Shown piece by piece: positions 10,701 to 19,797 of a stretch of DNA of 64,000 nt. This DNA comes from a virus: IMG/VR virus record IMGVR_UViG_3300036770_001537. The stretch is one strand, 5' to 3'. The position numbers were made by a program, and so were the translations under genes. Below the pieces are notes generated by a model. It made no database searches. It worked only from the letters and a program-made list of their open reading frames with translations, and was not told the origin of the DNA. Positions within the stretch are counted from its first letter, which is position 1. Each line of letters starts with the position of its first letter.

Positions 10701-11917
10701 CCGCCACCTGAAATGATAGCAAAACTATCATTCACATCATTTTCCCTCAAACCGATAATTAAGTGTGCACTGCTTGGTGCGTAAATCAGTCCGCCGCCAG
10801 TTGAACCGGGTATCAAACCTGTTATATCAGTATTAGTTGATGAATAGTTAGTAAATGTACCAGATTTTAGTGTTATGTCACCAGTTGCAGTATCAGCAGC
10901 ATCACTTCGTAAGAAACTCGCAGCTTGGATTCCGTCTACCGTATCAGCATCTAATCCAGAACCAGAACCATCAACAGTTTTTATTTTGGTTAATATGTCT
11001 GATGCTGTATATGAACTTGAAGGTAAAAATGTTGCTGTAGCATAAGCATTAGCACCAGTGCCTACGGCAGTATTTGCACCAGCAATAACTGATAATAGAT
11101 AAGCATTAGCACCAGCACCAACTGATGCAGCATAAGCATTGGCACCAGCACCAACTGCTGTATTAGCACCAGCAATAACTGATCTTAAGAATGTGTTAGT
11201 GGATGTGGTAAATGCATTTGCACCAGCACCTACGGCAGTATTAGCACCAGCAATTGTAGCAGAAGTAAATGCATTAGCACCAGCACCTACGGCAGTATTA
11301 GCACCAGCAATAACTGATCTTAAGAATGTGTTAGTGGATGTGGTAAATGCATTAGCACCAGTGCCTACGGCAGTATTTGCACCAGCAATAACTGATCTTA
11401 AGAATGTGTTAGTGGATGTGGTAAATGCATTGGCACCAGCACCTACTGCTGTGTTAGCACCTGCTATAACTGATCTTAAGAATGTGTTAGTGGATGTAGT
11501 AAATGCATTAGCACCAGCACCTACGGCAGTATTAGCACCAGCAATTGTAGCAGAAGTAAATGCATTAGCACCTATTCCGGTATTATATGCTAACAAATTA
11601 GCAGCATTGGCTTTATCGTATGCAGCAATTGTCACAACAGAAATTTCACCACCACCTATAATTGCAATATCGTAAGCAGAGTTGGCTTTATCATATGCCA
11701 ACTCTGCAAGTTCAGTTGTTTGGGTTGTTAAAGATATTCCATTTACATATAGTGTTCCGTTTGGGGAAAGTTTTAGTTTTTCATCATCATTTATTGAAAA
11801 TTTTATTATGCTAGAATTTTCATTATATTCTGTAGCATTTACATTCAATCCTAGTCCTATATAATTAAAATAAGAATTTGCCCAAGTTGATGTTAAATTT
11901 GATATTGAAACAGGCAT
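7769..11917 (-). CDS. Long tail fibre/tailspike with C-terminal pectate-lyase-like beta-helix
   Basis: GANTAVGAGANA repeats; repeated (W)HAGNDGSGSGLDADxLD; VNVKSYGAIGNGSNDDT...GILYFPKGNY beta-helix start. Confidence 0.85.
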   Translation of the reverse strand: MPVSISNLTSTWANSYFNYIGLGLNVNATEYNENSSIIKFSINDDEKLKLSPNGTLYVNGISLTTQTTELAELAYDKANSAYDIAIIGGGEISVVTIAAYDKANAANLLAYNTGIGANAFTSATIAGANTAVGAGANAFTTSTNTFLRSVIAGANTAVGAGANAFTTSTNTFLRSVIAGANTAVGTGANAFTTSTNTFLRSVIAGANTAVGAGANAFTSATIAGANTAVGAGANAFTTSTNTFLRSVIAGANTAVGAGANAYAASVGAGANAYLLSVIAGANTAVGTGANAYATATFLPSSSYTASDILTKIKTVDGSGSGLDADTVDGIQAASFLRSDAADTATGDITLKSGTFTNYSSTNTDITGLIPGSTGGGLIYAPSSAHLIIGLRENDVNDSFAIISGGGNYSTDITYDTVVARFLSNGNSHFGGNITVTGTVDGRDIATDGTKLDGIESGATADQTASEILSALLTVDGVGSGLDADLLDGYAASVGSTSGPADTIVLRNSSGDDYRRYGFASYFNMSHSVTTRSSETVFFSSTDSYIRKNDATGMRASLNVPTRTGGDASGTWGISITGDAGTLDGLDSTSFLRSNASDVFSGGVLQVYNDSAIDITNTGQINGLQVYQPTAGADALITFHVGGDYAFHFGLSGDDNQLSVGGWSMGANKYKVWHAGNDGSGSGLDADTLDTYQASDFPRKTENATISGDWIFNETINFNSTTATSLSTGAAWFSGSSGAILLDNGGHKRISWNDGGGNFNIRAGHYFNGSVIAAKGTNESDGGAVALVMSSDSAAGVFSVSVAPITVAGQTISSWTNTLKVDTTATSAGAGGLKYNEAQVWHAGNDGSGSGLDADLLDGEHGSYYSPLTITQLAYDKANSANLLAYNTGIGANAYSTATFLAKTGGIINGTLEVGGTSVSGAEGGEIRFTKAPTSTLSGSSIVLDNNGNNIRIFESGGTFRGYTFDLSTAGAGASTTLLNSTNLWSTMNMVNVKSYGAIGNGSNDDTSSINSAIAYINSNGGILYFPKGNYKVTSALTSITKGGIKIVGDGIGNTVITPVGTFTLFTIGGTSTRVYWMNIENIYIYGLNHTGIVFNLDHTQGISFYNVFLDNCYNPVNMRQVHNTTFEDFYCENIRGNYGMKIYASGSTRNSTTERSDILNLERVILAGNNSAGSSHANSCKLLHIDGFIASIYMDKVQLLRGHTGIYCVNSPGLPYGSYPQFIQGQNLDLEFNYYNAAYISHLEGLNITNLYCHGAVTDIGMNFGTNTSGIRLSNGKIAGHAAFGAVFNGTGIGLTDIDVYNNGTAVPNGYDGIYLSSTVNGFQMIGGSAGKAPWFSYTETQRYGINISSGAARSQLIGVRLNGNATGTYFGSATTSGLVTS
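11035..11575 (-). repeat. Tandem coding repeats (about 45/66 nt units) in the tail fibre
   Basis: Repeated FTTSTNTFLRSVIAGANTAVGAGANA and FTSATIAGANTAVGAGANA units. Confidence 0.9.
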
Positions 11918-11929
11918 ATAAAAATTTCC

Positions 11930-12262
11930 TTATAATGTGATGAAATATGTTCTTTGATAATCTTGGGAGGGAAGCCCATTAAAGTGAGCATCTGTTGCAA
12001 CATATGCTCCACTATCGAGACATATTAAAATATTATCATTTTCAATTAAATAATTCTCATAATCTTGTAAATCTATTTCATCTGAAATATTAAATGTATT
12101 AAAAGTGAATCTTACACCAGATTCATCACCTGTTACAGTGTCTCCGGATTTAATTTCGCCTCGAATATCCATTAGTATAAGTGTGCTAGAGTTAGCATCA
12201 TAATATCTAACTCTAGCAGTGGAATTTCGAACTCTGACTATTTCATTTACATAGAAAGTCAA
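11930..12262 (-). CDS. Hypothetical virion protein; module resembles the gp14/gp15 C-terminal insert
   Basis: FYVNEIV...ARVRYYD...LILMDIRGEIKSGDTVTGDESG pattern. Confidence 0.5.
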   Translation of the reverse strand: MTFYVNEIVRVRNSTARVRYYDANSSTLILMDIRGEIKSGDTVTGDESGVRFTFNTFNISDEIDLQDYENYLIENDNILICLDSGAYVATDAHFNGLPSQDYQRTYFITL

Positions 12263-12579
12263 GATACTGCTCCCGTTCCTCCACCACTGGAACCATATAC
12301 GAAAGTATCTGATGATCGACCTTTAGGATCATTCACTCCAGGCGGATGTAATTTTAAATCTATTTCTTTAGTGGTGTCTCCTATGGCACATATAATAAAT
12401 TTATTCTCTACATATATGCTAGGCGGTCCGGTTACAGGTTTCAACCTACCTCCACCATGATCGCACACATCATCCTCAACTGCCCATAGTAAATTATTAA
12501 CAAATACTGTAGAATTTCCAAATACTTCTGTGGCAGCTCCACATTTTCTCTTGTCTGTGTCTCTATGTGCCCCTGGCAT
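12259..12579 (-). CDS. PAAR-like spike-tip protein (gp5.4-like)
   Basis: MPGAHRDTD.R.CGA, STVFVNN, CDHGGG, GRSSDTFV. Confidence 0.85.
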   Translation of the reverse strand: MPGAHRDTDKRKCGAATEVFGNSTVFVNNLLWAVEDDVCDHGGGRLKPVTGPPSIYVENKFIICAIGDTTKEIDLKLHPPGVNDPKGRSSDTFVYGSSGGGTGAVS

Positions 12580-12860
12580 TATTTCTTATATCCACTTTTA
12601 TCATATTCTGGGTTAAAATCAATCCTTGGTGCCTGCTCAACGATGTGTTTACCGGCACCAATATATACATTTTCTTGTGCTTGAAGGTTGATATTTTTAC
12701 CATCAAATTCAATGTCGGAGTCAGTAGTAAATTTTAGTTTACTATGACCCTCAACAGTGATTTCATTATTATCATCAATATGAATCTTAACCCCACCATA
12801 CACATTAATTGTGGTAGGCTTGGTTACATAAATTTCATCAAGTTTTAGGCTTTTTAGCAT
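12579..12860 (-). CDS. Short beta-strand-rich protein resembling the gp5 C-terminal spike
   Basis: Alternating hydrophobic strands ending APRIDFN; directly upstream of PAAR. Confidence 0.5.
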   Translation of the reverse strand: MLKSLKLDEIYVTKPTTINVYGGVKIHIDDNNEITVEGHSKLKFTTDSDIEFDGKNINLQAQENVYIGAGKHIVEQAPRIDFNPEYDKSGYKK

Positions 12861-13371
12861 TACTAACTCCTGTAGAACCTAATCCGCCAACACGATTTGC
12901 TTTTAATTCTGGCTTATTCACAGTTTCAACAATATCATACTTCTCTTGTTTTACTAATTCGCCTTGGGCAATCCTATCACCATTTCTAACCCACATACCA
13001 ACAGTTGACCTATTATATAGAAGAACCATTAGCTCATCTACATAGTCAGAATCAATTACTGCTTCGCTGTTTGCTAAAACGATTCCTCGTTTGAGTGATA
13101 GACCTGATCTTGCGTGAAGTCTTACAGAATATCCTTCAGGAATATCTAGAATGAGTCCTGTAGGAACCATAACCCTTTCACCAGCATTAACGAATACATC
13201 ACCTTTCGGTGTATTTCTGGTAAAAGGTTTATTGGTCTCATTATATCCCGAATACCATTGTTTACCTGCACCTTGATATGCGATATCAAAACAAGCAGAT
13301 TGCTTGGTTGAAAATTCAGGTAATACAATATCAGGATGAGTTTTATACATAGACAATTTCACAGCCATCAT
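12838..13371 (-). CDS. dut: Trimeric dUTPase
   Basis: SACFDI, ARSGLSLK, VIDSDY, RIAQGEL and RVGGLGSTG motifs. Confidence 0.95.
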   Translation of the reverse strand: MMAVKLSMYKTHPDIVLPEFSTKQSACFDIAYQGAGKQWYSGYNETNKPFTRNTPKGDVFVNAGERVMVPTGLILDIPEGYSVRLHARSGLSLKRGIVLANSEAVIDSDYVDELMVLLYNRSTVGMWVRNGDRIAQGELVKQEKYDIVETVNKPELKANRVGGLGSTGVSNAKKPKT

Positions 13372-13384
13372 AATTTCCTTTCAC

Positions 13385-13555
13385 TTACTTTTTCTTGCGG
13401 GGAGTCTTCTTCTTTTCTTTTTCTTTAAATTCTGGTTGACCGTCATTGTTCCAAGTAACATCTACGTTCTTGTTCTGCTTTAGGTCAATCTTTGGCATAT
13501 TTTCTTTCACTTTTTCATAAGTGGAAACTACCCAAATTTTGATTTTGTCAAACAT
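13385..13555 (-). CDS. Small hypothetical protein (56 aa)
   Basis: MFDKIKIWVV...KKTPRKKK; GAGGA SD; fills the gap between regA and dut. Confidence 0.6.
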   Translation of the reverse strand: MFDKIKIWVVSTYEKVKENMPKIDLKQNKNVDVTWNNDGQPEFKEKEKKKTPRKKK

Positions 13556-13566
13556 TGTGTCCTCTG

Positions 13567-13977
13567 TTAGTTGACAGTTTCTTTGTTCTTTTTACCTATG
13601 GTATATTTAGTAACAAGTTTCCAGTCAGACTTTTCTTTATGAGAAATAACTTTGATTTGACTTAGTGTTGCCACTGGAGATTGAGTTTTACTCTCATCTA
13701 CCAAATCTAGCAATTCCCACTCATGAAGAAGATTGGCAATAGTATTTCTTCTTGCTTTATCATCTTCCGTGAAGTCTGAGCTTTTACCATCTAGTAAAAA
13801 CATTTCTTTGAAGTGGACGATATAATATTTGCCTTGTTTGTGTAAAATATGGCAAGATTGATATAGAGTCTTATCTTTTCGAGACGCAACACCAATCCTA
13901 GACAATGTTTCTCTAATCTTCAAAAAATCATCAGGCTCTTGAAGATTAACTTCTACGAGATCGTTTAAGTTTATCAT
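13567..13977 (-). CDS. regA: Translational repressor RegA
   Basis: DDFLKIRETLSRIGVAS...LYQSCHILHKQGKYYIVHFKE. Confidence 0.97.
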   Translation of the reverse strand: MINLNDLVEVNLQEPDDFLKIRETLSRIGVASRKDKTLYQSCHILHKQGKYYIVHFKEMFLLDGKSSDFTEDDKARRNTIANLLHEWELLDLVDESKTQSPVATLSQIKVISHKEKSDWKLVTKYTIGKKNKETVN

Positions 13978-14356
13978 TTATACCACCTTTATCAAGTTTC
14001 TTCTTAATTTCATTAAGTTGTTCACCAGAAAGAACTCGTAGTGCATCTTTGGCTTTGTCATAAGAATAGTTGTAATATTCTTTAACGGCATCCAAATCTT
14101 CTATAACATCTTTCTTGTGCCACTTCTGATACGGTCTTTTGTATGACCGTATAGTATTTAGATAATAGTGATATTGTAAAAGTTTATCTGTGTTTGGATA
14201 CAGATTCATCTGATTGGCATATAGAGCACAATCATAATGCTGTGATAAAGCACGATTAACAACGAAAGGGTTATATTCCCTTTCGTTTTCTTCTGTGATT
14301 ACAGGTTCTTTGGTTTGTAGAATTGATGGGATAATGTCTTTGAATGTGTCTGTCAT
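13946..14356 (-). CDS. gp62: Clamp loader small subunit
   Basis: YNPFVVNRALS, VKEYYNYSYDKA; synteny with gp44 and regA. Confidence 0.93.
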   Translation of the reverse strand: MTDTFKDIIPSILQTKEPVITEENEREYNPFVVNRALSQHYDCALYANQMNLYPNTDKLLQYHYYLNTIRSYKRPYQKWHKKDVIEDLDAVKEYYNYSYDKAKDALRVLSGEQLNEIKKKLDKGGINDKLKRSRRS

Positions 14357-15297
14357 TTCACCTCACAGTCTACCATAATTTCAGTTAGACAGGCAACAAG
14401 ATTAATCTCTTGGTCAGCAACAAATGCACTTTGATACTGATACCGAGCAATAATCACTACTGCCTGCGGAATACTTTCGGGCTTCATATACTCATACAGA
14501 CCATCATAAATCTTACGAAAGATTCGTGCAGGATCAATATCGGAATTTACGACAACCCATTTACGCATACCACCAAAGTTCTTTTCTTTTAGATTCTTAA
14601 TCAAATCAGACAGATTCTTGACATCTGTGATTTGAGCAATCATTCCAGCATCAATAGAACCGGAACCAGCATATCGTTGCAGTTCATTCAATGTCCTACG
14701 ATAATCTGGAAAGAACTTCTCTACAATCTTGATTAGAACCTGCTTATCATACTGAATATTCTCTGTTGTTAAAATCTCGCCAAGTCTCTTGAAGAATAGT
14801 GCAGCCATTTTTGGCCGTTCACCATTCACCAAAGTAAAGTCAATTACAGAACACCTTGAATGTAGAGCATCAATCAGACGAGATTTGAAGTTACAAGTAA
14901 AGATGAAGGTACAGTTGGCAGAAAATTCTTCAATTGCACCTCGCAACCCTGCTTGTGCTTCTGGTGTAATATAATCAGCCTCATCGAGAATGATGACTTT
15001 ACGACCACCAACAAGAGAAACTGTTGAAGCATAATTCTTGATTTTGGTTCTTAGAGTATCAATACCCCTTTCTTCGGACGAGTTAATGAATAGATAATTG
15101 ATGCCAATTTCTTCACACATAGCAATAGCCACAGTAGTTTTACCTACTCCGGCAGTACCAGTCAGCATCAAGTTTGGGATTGTCTTGGAATTAACATATT
15201 CCTGAAAGACCTTTTTCAGCCTTTCAGGAAGAATGCATTCCGAAACAGTCTTGGGCCTATACTTCTCCGTAAATAGAAACTCTTTATTTTCGCTCAT
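14353..15297 (-). CDS. gp44: Clamp loader large subunit
   Basis: EKYRP, GTAGVGKTT, ILDEAD and HSRC motifs. Confidence 0.97.
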   Translation of the reverse strand: MSENKEFLFTEKYRPKTVSECILPERLKKVFQEYVNSKTIPNLMLTGTAGVGKTTVAIAMCEEIGINYLFINSSEERGIDTLRTKIKNYASTVSLVGGRKVIILDEADYITPEAQAGLRGAIEEFSANCTFIFTCNFKSRLIDALHSRCSVIDFTLVNGERPKMAALFFKRLGEILTTENIQYDKQVLIKIVEKFFPDYRRTLNELQRYAGSGSIDAGMIAQITDVKNLSDLIKNLKEKNFGGMRKWVVVNSDIDPARIFRKIYDGLYEYMKPESIPQAVVIIARYQYQSAFVADQEINLVACLTEIMVDCEVK

Positions 15298-15352
15298 GTT
15301 AAAATACCCTTTATAATAAATAATAGGACGATAGTTCACGGTGGAGAATTAC

Positions 15353-15928
15353 ATGGGACACATTTATATCATAAAAAATATGATTACGCAAGATATTTAT
15401 GTAGGAAAGACTATAAAAACCATAGAAGAAAGGATGCGGCAACATATATATAAATCTAGATATGGTGTAGACACTCATTTATATAGAGCAATAAGAAAAT
15501 ATGGTGAAATCAATTTTATAATTGAAAATTTAGAGACTGTTGAAAATTCTCAACTAAATTTACGAGAATGTCATCATATAGAATCCCTAAAACCTAGATA
15601 TAACATGACAGGAGGCGGTGATGGCGGAAATACATTTATTTTTATCACAGAAGACACAAGAAAAAAGATAAGTGAAAGCACAAAGGGCGAAAAAAACCCA
15701 ATGTATGGTAAACGTGGTAAAGATAATCCGAATTTTGGGAAAAAACGTGGAAAAAATATAAAAATAAGTAAATCTTTAAATAATCCTTGCATCTGTGAAG
15801 GCAATCTTTTCAATTCCATCACAGATGCGGAGAATTACTATCGTGGCAAATATTCTGTACGAAAAAGATTAGATAGTCCTAAATATGAAGATTGGTATAG
15901 ATTAGTTCCAAAAACAAGAAGAAAATAA
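15353..15928 (+). mobile_element. GIY-YIG (Seg-like) homing endonuclease, the only clear plus-strand gene
   Basis: HIYII...IYVGKT...R...H; YNMTGGGDGG; GEKNPMYGK NUMOD-like repeats. Confidence 0.9.
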
Positions 15929-15933
15929 CTCGC

Positions 15934-16218
15934 TCACTTTAGAACTCCTTCATAAAATTCTTCAAACATCTTGTTTTCTTCCATTTCAGAAGAAAAGTTT
16001 GCCTTATGATGAACCTTTGCCATACGACGAATTAGTTTCTTATCAAGACCCAACTTTTCCGCCAGATCAGCAATTGCTTCTTTCTGTAGTTCTCGTTCGG
16101 CAGCAACTCGGGTCATAGAATCATCAAGTTCCTGAATACCCTTCTTGAGTTGTTGCTTTTGTTCAGATGATAGTGAATTTACGTTCATCACATTTTGGTT
16201 ATGACCCATTCCTGACAT
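15934..16218 (-). CDS. DsbA/GapR-like dsDNA-binding protein
   Basis: Coiled-coil followed by LGLDKKLIRRMAKVHHK; size and position fit T4 DsbA-like proteins. Confidence 0.7.
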   Translation of the reverse strand: MSGMGHNQNVMNVNSLSSEQKQQLKKGIQELDDSMTRVAAERELQKEAIADLAEKLGLDKKLIRRMAKVHHKANFSSEMEENKMFEEFYEGVLK

Positions 16219-16228
16219 AATATACTCC

Positions 16229-16885
16229 TTATGGTGTTTCTAGTGCAACAAAGTATTTGATGTTGCCGTTGGTTGATGTGAAAGTTGCAAACGCCTTATC
16301 CTTAATTTGAACCTCATAATCTCCTGGAATCATCTTCAAATTTTCTGTTTTGAAGATTGCGGTGAAACTATCACCATCATAATCCGAAATCTTATGAGAC
16401 GCAAAGTTTGATGTATCGTTCTTCTTCTCATGGACCTTGATAGTTAATTCACCATTACCACCTTCAAATGTTAGATTTGATAGATTATTCATTGAAGATA
16501 GACGAAGAAGTTTAGCCAAAACTGTATTGTGTAGAGTGAATGTTACGATTGGAGAATCAATCACCAACTCTTTATCTGGTGGCGTATCAATCAATTCTGG
16601 TGCACATGAATAATAGTTCAACTTGGTTGAGCCATCATCCATTACAACAAACTTATCTTGGAAAGTCAAGTCTGGATTAGTCAATGTCGTGACATTACCA
16701 AGAAACTGATTGAGATCATAGATACCAAACTTTGATGGAAAGTCTGCATCCTCAAATGATGCTTCAACAAGAATACTCTTGTCAGCAGAAATGGTTTTCT
16801 GAACTTTACCGGGACGAATTACCATGCCTGAATTGATTGTAGAGAAGTTTTTGAGAACGGTTAGAACCGTGTTGGATAGTTTCAT
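16229..16885 (-). CDS. gp45: Sliding clamp
   Basis: MKLS..LKNFSTIN, FGIYDLNQFL, ENLKMIPGDY, YFVALE. Confidence 0.96.
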   Translation of the reverse strand: MKLSNTVLTVLKNFSTINSGMVIRPGKVQKTISADKSILVEASFEDADFPSKFGIYDLNQFLGNVTTLTNPDLTFQDKFVVMDDGSTKLNYYSCAPELIDTPPDKELVIDSPIVTFTLHNTVLAKLLRLSSMNNLSNLTFEGGNGELTIKVHEKKNDTSNFASHKISDYDGDSFTAIFKTENLKMIPGDYEVQIKDKAFATFTSTNGNIKYFVALETP

Positions 16886-16914
16886 AATAAAGTCTCCTTA
16901 TTCAAGCGGACAAC

Positions 16915-16945
16915 CATTATACGACGGCTGTCCTGAAAAATCAAG
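16915..16945 (-). promoter_or_regulatory. Sigma70-like promoter upstream of gp45
   Basis: TTGATT-N17-TATAAT on the minus strand. Confidence 0.6.
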
Positions 16946-17579
16946 GGTTTTTGATAGGGCCTTGGAAAATTTTTAGCATATGATCTGCATGGGCAACAAG
17001 TTCTGCCTTACTACCATTGTTGTCAAGCACATAGTCAAATGGAGTGCCGATCCAAGAAGTTTCTGATGAATGAATACCCAAAGCTTTCAGTTCTTTTTGA
17101 TATTTGTAGTTGGTGGAATGGTTAGCATTCATTGCTAATTGATACCAATGTGGATCGGGACCACGCACAACACGGACAACAAATCCTCTCATAGTCCTGA
17201 TAAAGTCGATTTCATTATCAAACCTAACATCAGCAACAACCACATTTTTATGCTTTAGAAGTTTCCGTTCCAGCGAATAAATCCAGATGTTGGTATTAAA
17301 AACATCTCTACATGCTTCAGTACCCAAAGTCTGGAGTGCTCGTCTTGGCGTGAAATCATATCCTAAACGATTCGTCCAAAACTTATCCGGCGTTTCTCTG
17401 AATGCACGACTTTCATCAGTATCACCTTCAAGTAGATGCCTCTCCCATCCGAAGATAGAAGAAGCAGCATCCTTGAGAGAATCGGCAAATGATAGTTTAG
17501 CAAAGCCATACTTTTCAACGAGAGTGTCGGCAACGGTTCCTTTTCCGGCACCAGCAAATCCCACTAGTCCAATAATCAT
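16941..17579 (-). CDS. gp1: Deoxynucleoside monophosphate kinase
   Basis: IIGLVGFAGAGKGT, SFADSLKD, TPRRALQTLGTE, DVRFDNE. Confidence 0.93.
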   Translation of the reverse strand: MIIGLVGFAGAGKGTVADTLVEKYGFAKLSFADSLKDAASSIFGWERHLLEGDTDESRAFRETPDKFWTNRLGYDFTPRRALQTLGTEACRDVFNTNIWIYSLERKLLKHKNVVVADVRFDNEIDFIRTMRGFVVRVVRGPDPHWYQLAMNANHSTNYKYQKELKALGIHSSETSWIGTPFDYVLDNNGSKAELVAHADHMLKIFQGPIKNP

Positions 17580-17603
17580 TCTAAATCTCCGCTGTAACAA
17601 ATA

Positions 17604-18422
17604 TCAAATGCTTCCGGTAATTGCCGCAATCTTTGGAAGATCACCTTTGAAACCATATGTTCCAACGTGTTCGGTTTTCATCCACGGACATAGATAGATT
17701 TGACCACCAATTGCTCGCCAATATTGACAAAACATATAATCTTCCGATAGATAACGATGAGAATCTGGGTCAATTACAGTATCAAAATATGCGTGAATAT
17801 ATCGTGATCCATCAAAGTTTGCTTGACCTAGATGATCTGGTTTGTAGTTAAGATGAGGGTATTCCTCTTTGAATTTATCAAATACAGCACGCTTTACCAT
17901 CATAAAGCCTGTGCCAATTTCCATAACCTCAAGTGGTTCTGTAACCTTGAATTGTTTTGTGCCGGGAACAGCATTGAATACATATTCACCTGTCACACCT
18001 TCAAGTTCGCCAGGATTGAACTTGGATTCATCAAAGTCTGGGTTTGATAGTAGTTTCTTAGATGCGTTCCAGACTGCTTTCCAGTTGATAGATTTCTTGG
18101 GATATGGTCCGCCAATAATATCTTTATCTAGTGCAAGTAGAGCAACAACATCGTTGGGGTCAAAATTAATATCCGAATCGATGAAAAGTAGATGAGTAAA
18201 ACCTGAACGTAGAAACTCATCAACCAAATAGTTTCGAGCACGAGTAATCAGAGATTCGTTAAACAGGAAGGAGAATCGCACTTCAATACCATATCGCATA
18301 CACAAACCTTGAAGGTCAAGGCATGATTTCATATACAGTCCATTACAATTTCCACCATACATAGGTGTAGCAACAAACAATCTATTCTTTCTTAGGTCTT
18401 CTGCTTTAATCTGTAGTTCCAT
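17604..18422 (-). CDS. GT-A-fold glycosyltransferase-like protein
   Basis: ATPMYGG, ESLITRARN, LFIDSDI, GTGFMMV and LSEDYMFC motifs. Confidence 0.65.
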   Translation of the reverse strand: MELQIKAEDLRKNRLFVATPMYGGNCNGLYMKSCLDLQGLCMRYGIEVRFSFLFNESLITRARNYLVDEFLRSGFTHLLFIDSDINFDPNDVVALLALDKDIIGGPYPKKSINWKAVWNASKKLLSNPDFDESKFNPGELEGVTGEYVFNAVPGTKQFKVTEPLEVMEIGTGFMMVKRAVFDKFKEEYPHLNYKPDHLGQANFDGSRYIHAYFDTVIDPDSHRYLSEDYMFCQYWRAIGGQIYLCPWMKTEHVGTYGFKGDLPKIAAITGSI

Positions 18423-18469
18423 TCTTTATTCACTCCTTATAATAGTGAAGGCCACATCTCTATATAGTA

Positions 18470-18499
18470 TAAAAAAAGGTGGCTTCATCAGCCACCTTT
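18470..18499 (-). terminator. Intrinsic terminator after the AAA+ gene
   Basis: AAAGGTGGCT/AGCCACCTTT stem with a T7 tail on the minus strand. Confidence 0.8.
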
Positions 18500-18505
18500 G
18501 ATTTA

Positions 18506-19708
18506 TTAGAAAGCAACTTCATCAGTCTTTGGCGTTTCAGCAGCACTTCCGGTTGGTAGTGGATTGATTGTTTCGTCCAACTTCTTATACAAATCCATGA
18601 AAGAGTTTTTAGTATCAACGTCAAACCGATTTAGGCAGAGATTGATTGCCTTCTCACGATTCTTCTTGAAGATAACATATGCTTCACAGATGTGAACGAG
18701 GCGTCGAGTAGAAATGATTTCAGACACAGCACCTTCGTTGAATGACTTACGAATAACATCAGCCCAAGATACCAGACGATTGATATAATCGGTATCATTA
18801 GAATCAATCGCAGTCAGAGAAAGAAGATGGTTTGTAAGAATCTTCTTTTCAATCTTCTCTTGAGGATATTCTTGTTCCATAGTCACAGAGAAACGCTCAA
18901 GAAATGCTTCGTTCATAACATTCGTGCCGATGAAACGACCGTCTTCAGAACCTTTACCCTTGGTATTTGCAGTAGCAATTACATTGAAACCCTTAGCAGG
19001 AGTAATCAACTTGTTAATCTTCTTCAGGAAGATTGGCTTACCTTCAAGAACAGGCTGTAGGCACATAAGTTTGTTTGAGCCAAGATCGACCTCATCGAGA
19101 AGAAGAATTGCACCACGCTCCATTGCATGAATAACAGGACCGTTTTGCCATACTGTCCGACCGTCAATAAGACGGAAACCACCAATCAAATCATCCTCAT
19201 CAGTTTCAATTGTGATATTGACACGAATACACTCACGCTTTTCAATAGCACAAACCTGTTCAACCATCATGGTTTTACCGTTACCAGAAAGGCCGGTAAT
19301 ATACATGGGATAGAAACGAGAAGACTTTACGATTGCTCGAACATCGGCAAAGTTTCCAAAGGGAACATAACCTTCGGCCTTGGTAGGAATGAGTGAAACT
19401 GTATCGACGGTACTCGTATTAAGGGGAACGGCAGCAAGAGCCATGGCAACCTCCATTTTAGAATCAGTCTCAACAGTTTCATTAACAATTTTAGAAACGG
19501 CAACAGGCATTGGTGCAGTTACAGGGATGTTAATCATATACATTCCACGGCCAGAACGGCGTGAAGAATCATTAGTGAACCAAGTTGGAAACTTGATATT
19601 ATGCTTTTCACAAACATAGGTGATTTGCTTACGCGAAACGATATTGATATCACCAAATTCAGCCTTCACCGCATCAAAGAAGGGTTGCCGATCCACAGTC
19701 TTAGCCAT
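18506..19708 (-). CDS. MoxR/CobS-like AAA+ ATPase
   Basis: GLSGNGKT, DDLIGG, LLLDEVD, ATANTKG, NEAFLERF, ISTRRL. Confidence 0.9.
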   Translation of the reverse strand: MAKTVDRQPFFDAVKAEFGDINIVSRKQITYVCEKHNIKFPTWFTNDSSRRSGRGMYMINIPVTAPMPVAVSKIVNETVETDSKMEVAMALAAVPLNTSTVDTVSLIPTKAEGYVPFGNFADVRAIVKSSRFYPMYITGLSGNGKTMMVEQVCAIEKRECIRVNITIETDEDDLIGGFRLIDGRTVWQNGPVIHAMERGAILLLDEVDLGSNKLMCLQPVLEGKPIFLKKINKLITPAKGFNVIATANTKGKGSEDGRFIGTNVMNEAFLERFSVTMEQEYPQEKIEKKILTNHLLSLTAIDSNDTDYINRLVSWADVIRKSFNEGAVSEIISTRRLVHICEAYVIFKKNREKAINLCLNRFDVDTKNSFMDLYKKLDETINPLPTGSAAETPKTDEVAF

Positions 19709-19740
19709 AACGAAGTCCTTTCATATCTCGATTATGATGT

Positions 19741-19769
19741 ATCTTAGCACATAGGAAAGTTGAAGTCAA
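19741..19769 (-). promoter_or_regulatory. Sigma70-like promoter of the AAA+ gene
   Basis: TTGACT-N17-TAAGAT; overlaps the hairpin CAAGCGGA..TCCGCTTG. Confidence 0.55.
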
Positions 19770-19797
19770 GCGGAATATTTCATCCGCTTGCACTCTT

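Noticed and set aside
11139-11675. Plus-strand ORFs such as this 178-aa one and 61429-61944
   Set aside because: Antisense shadows of repetitive minus-strand genes
18506-19708. Cobalamin biosynthesis gene cobS
   Set aside because: Generic MoxR-type AAA+ with a VWA partner; no cobN or other cob genes in the window
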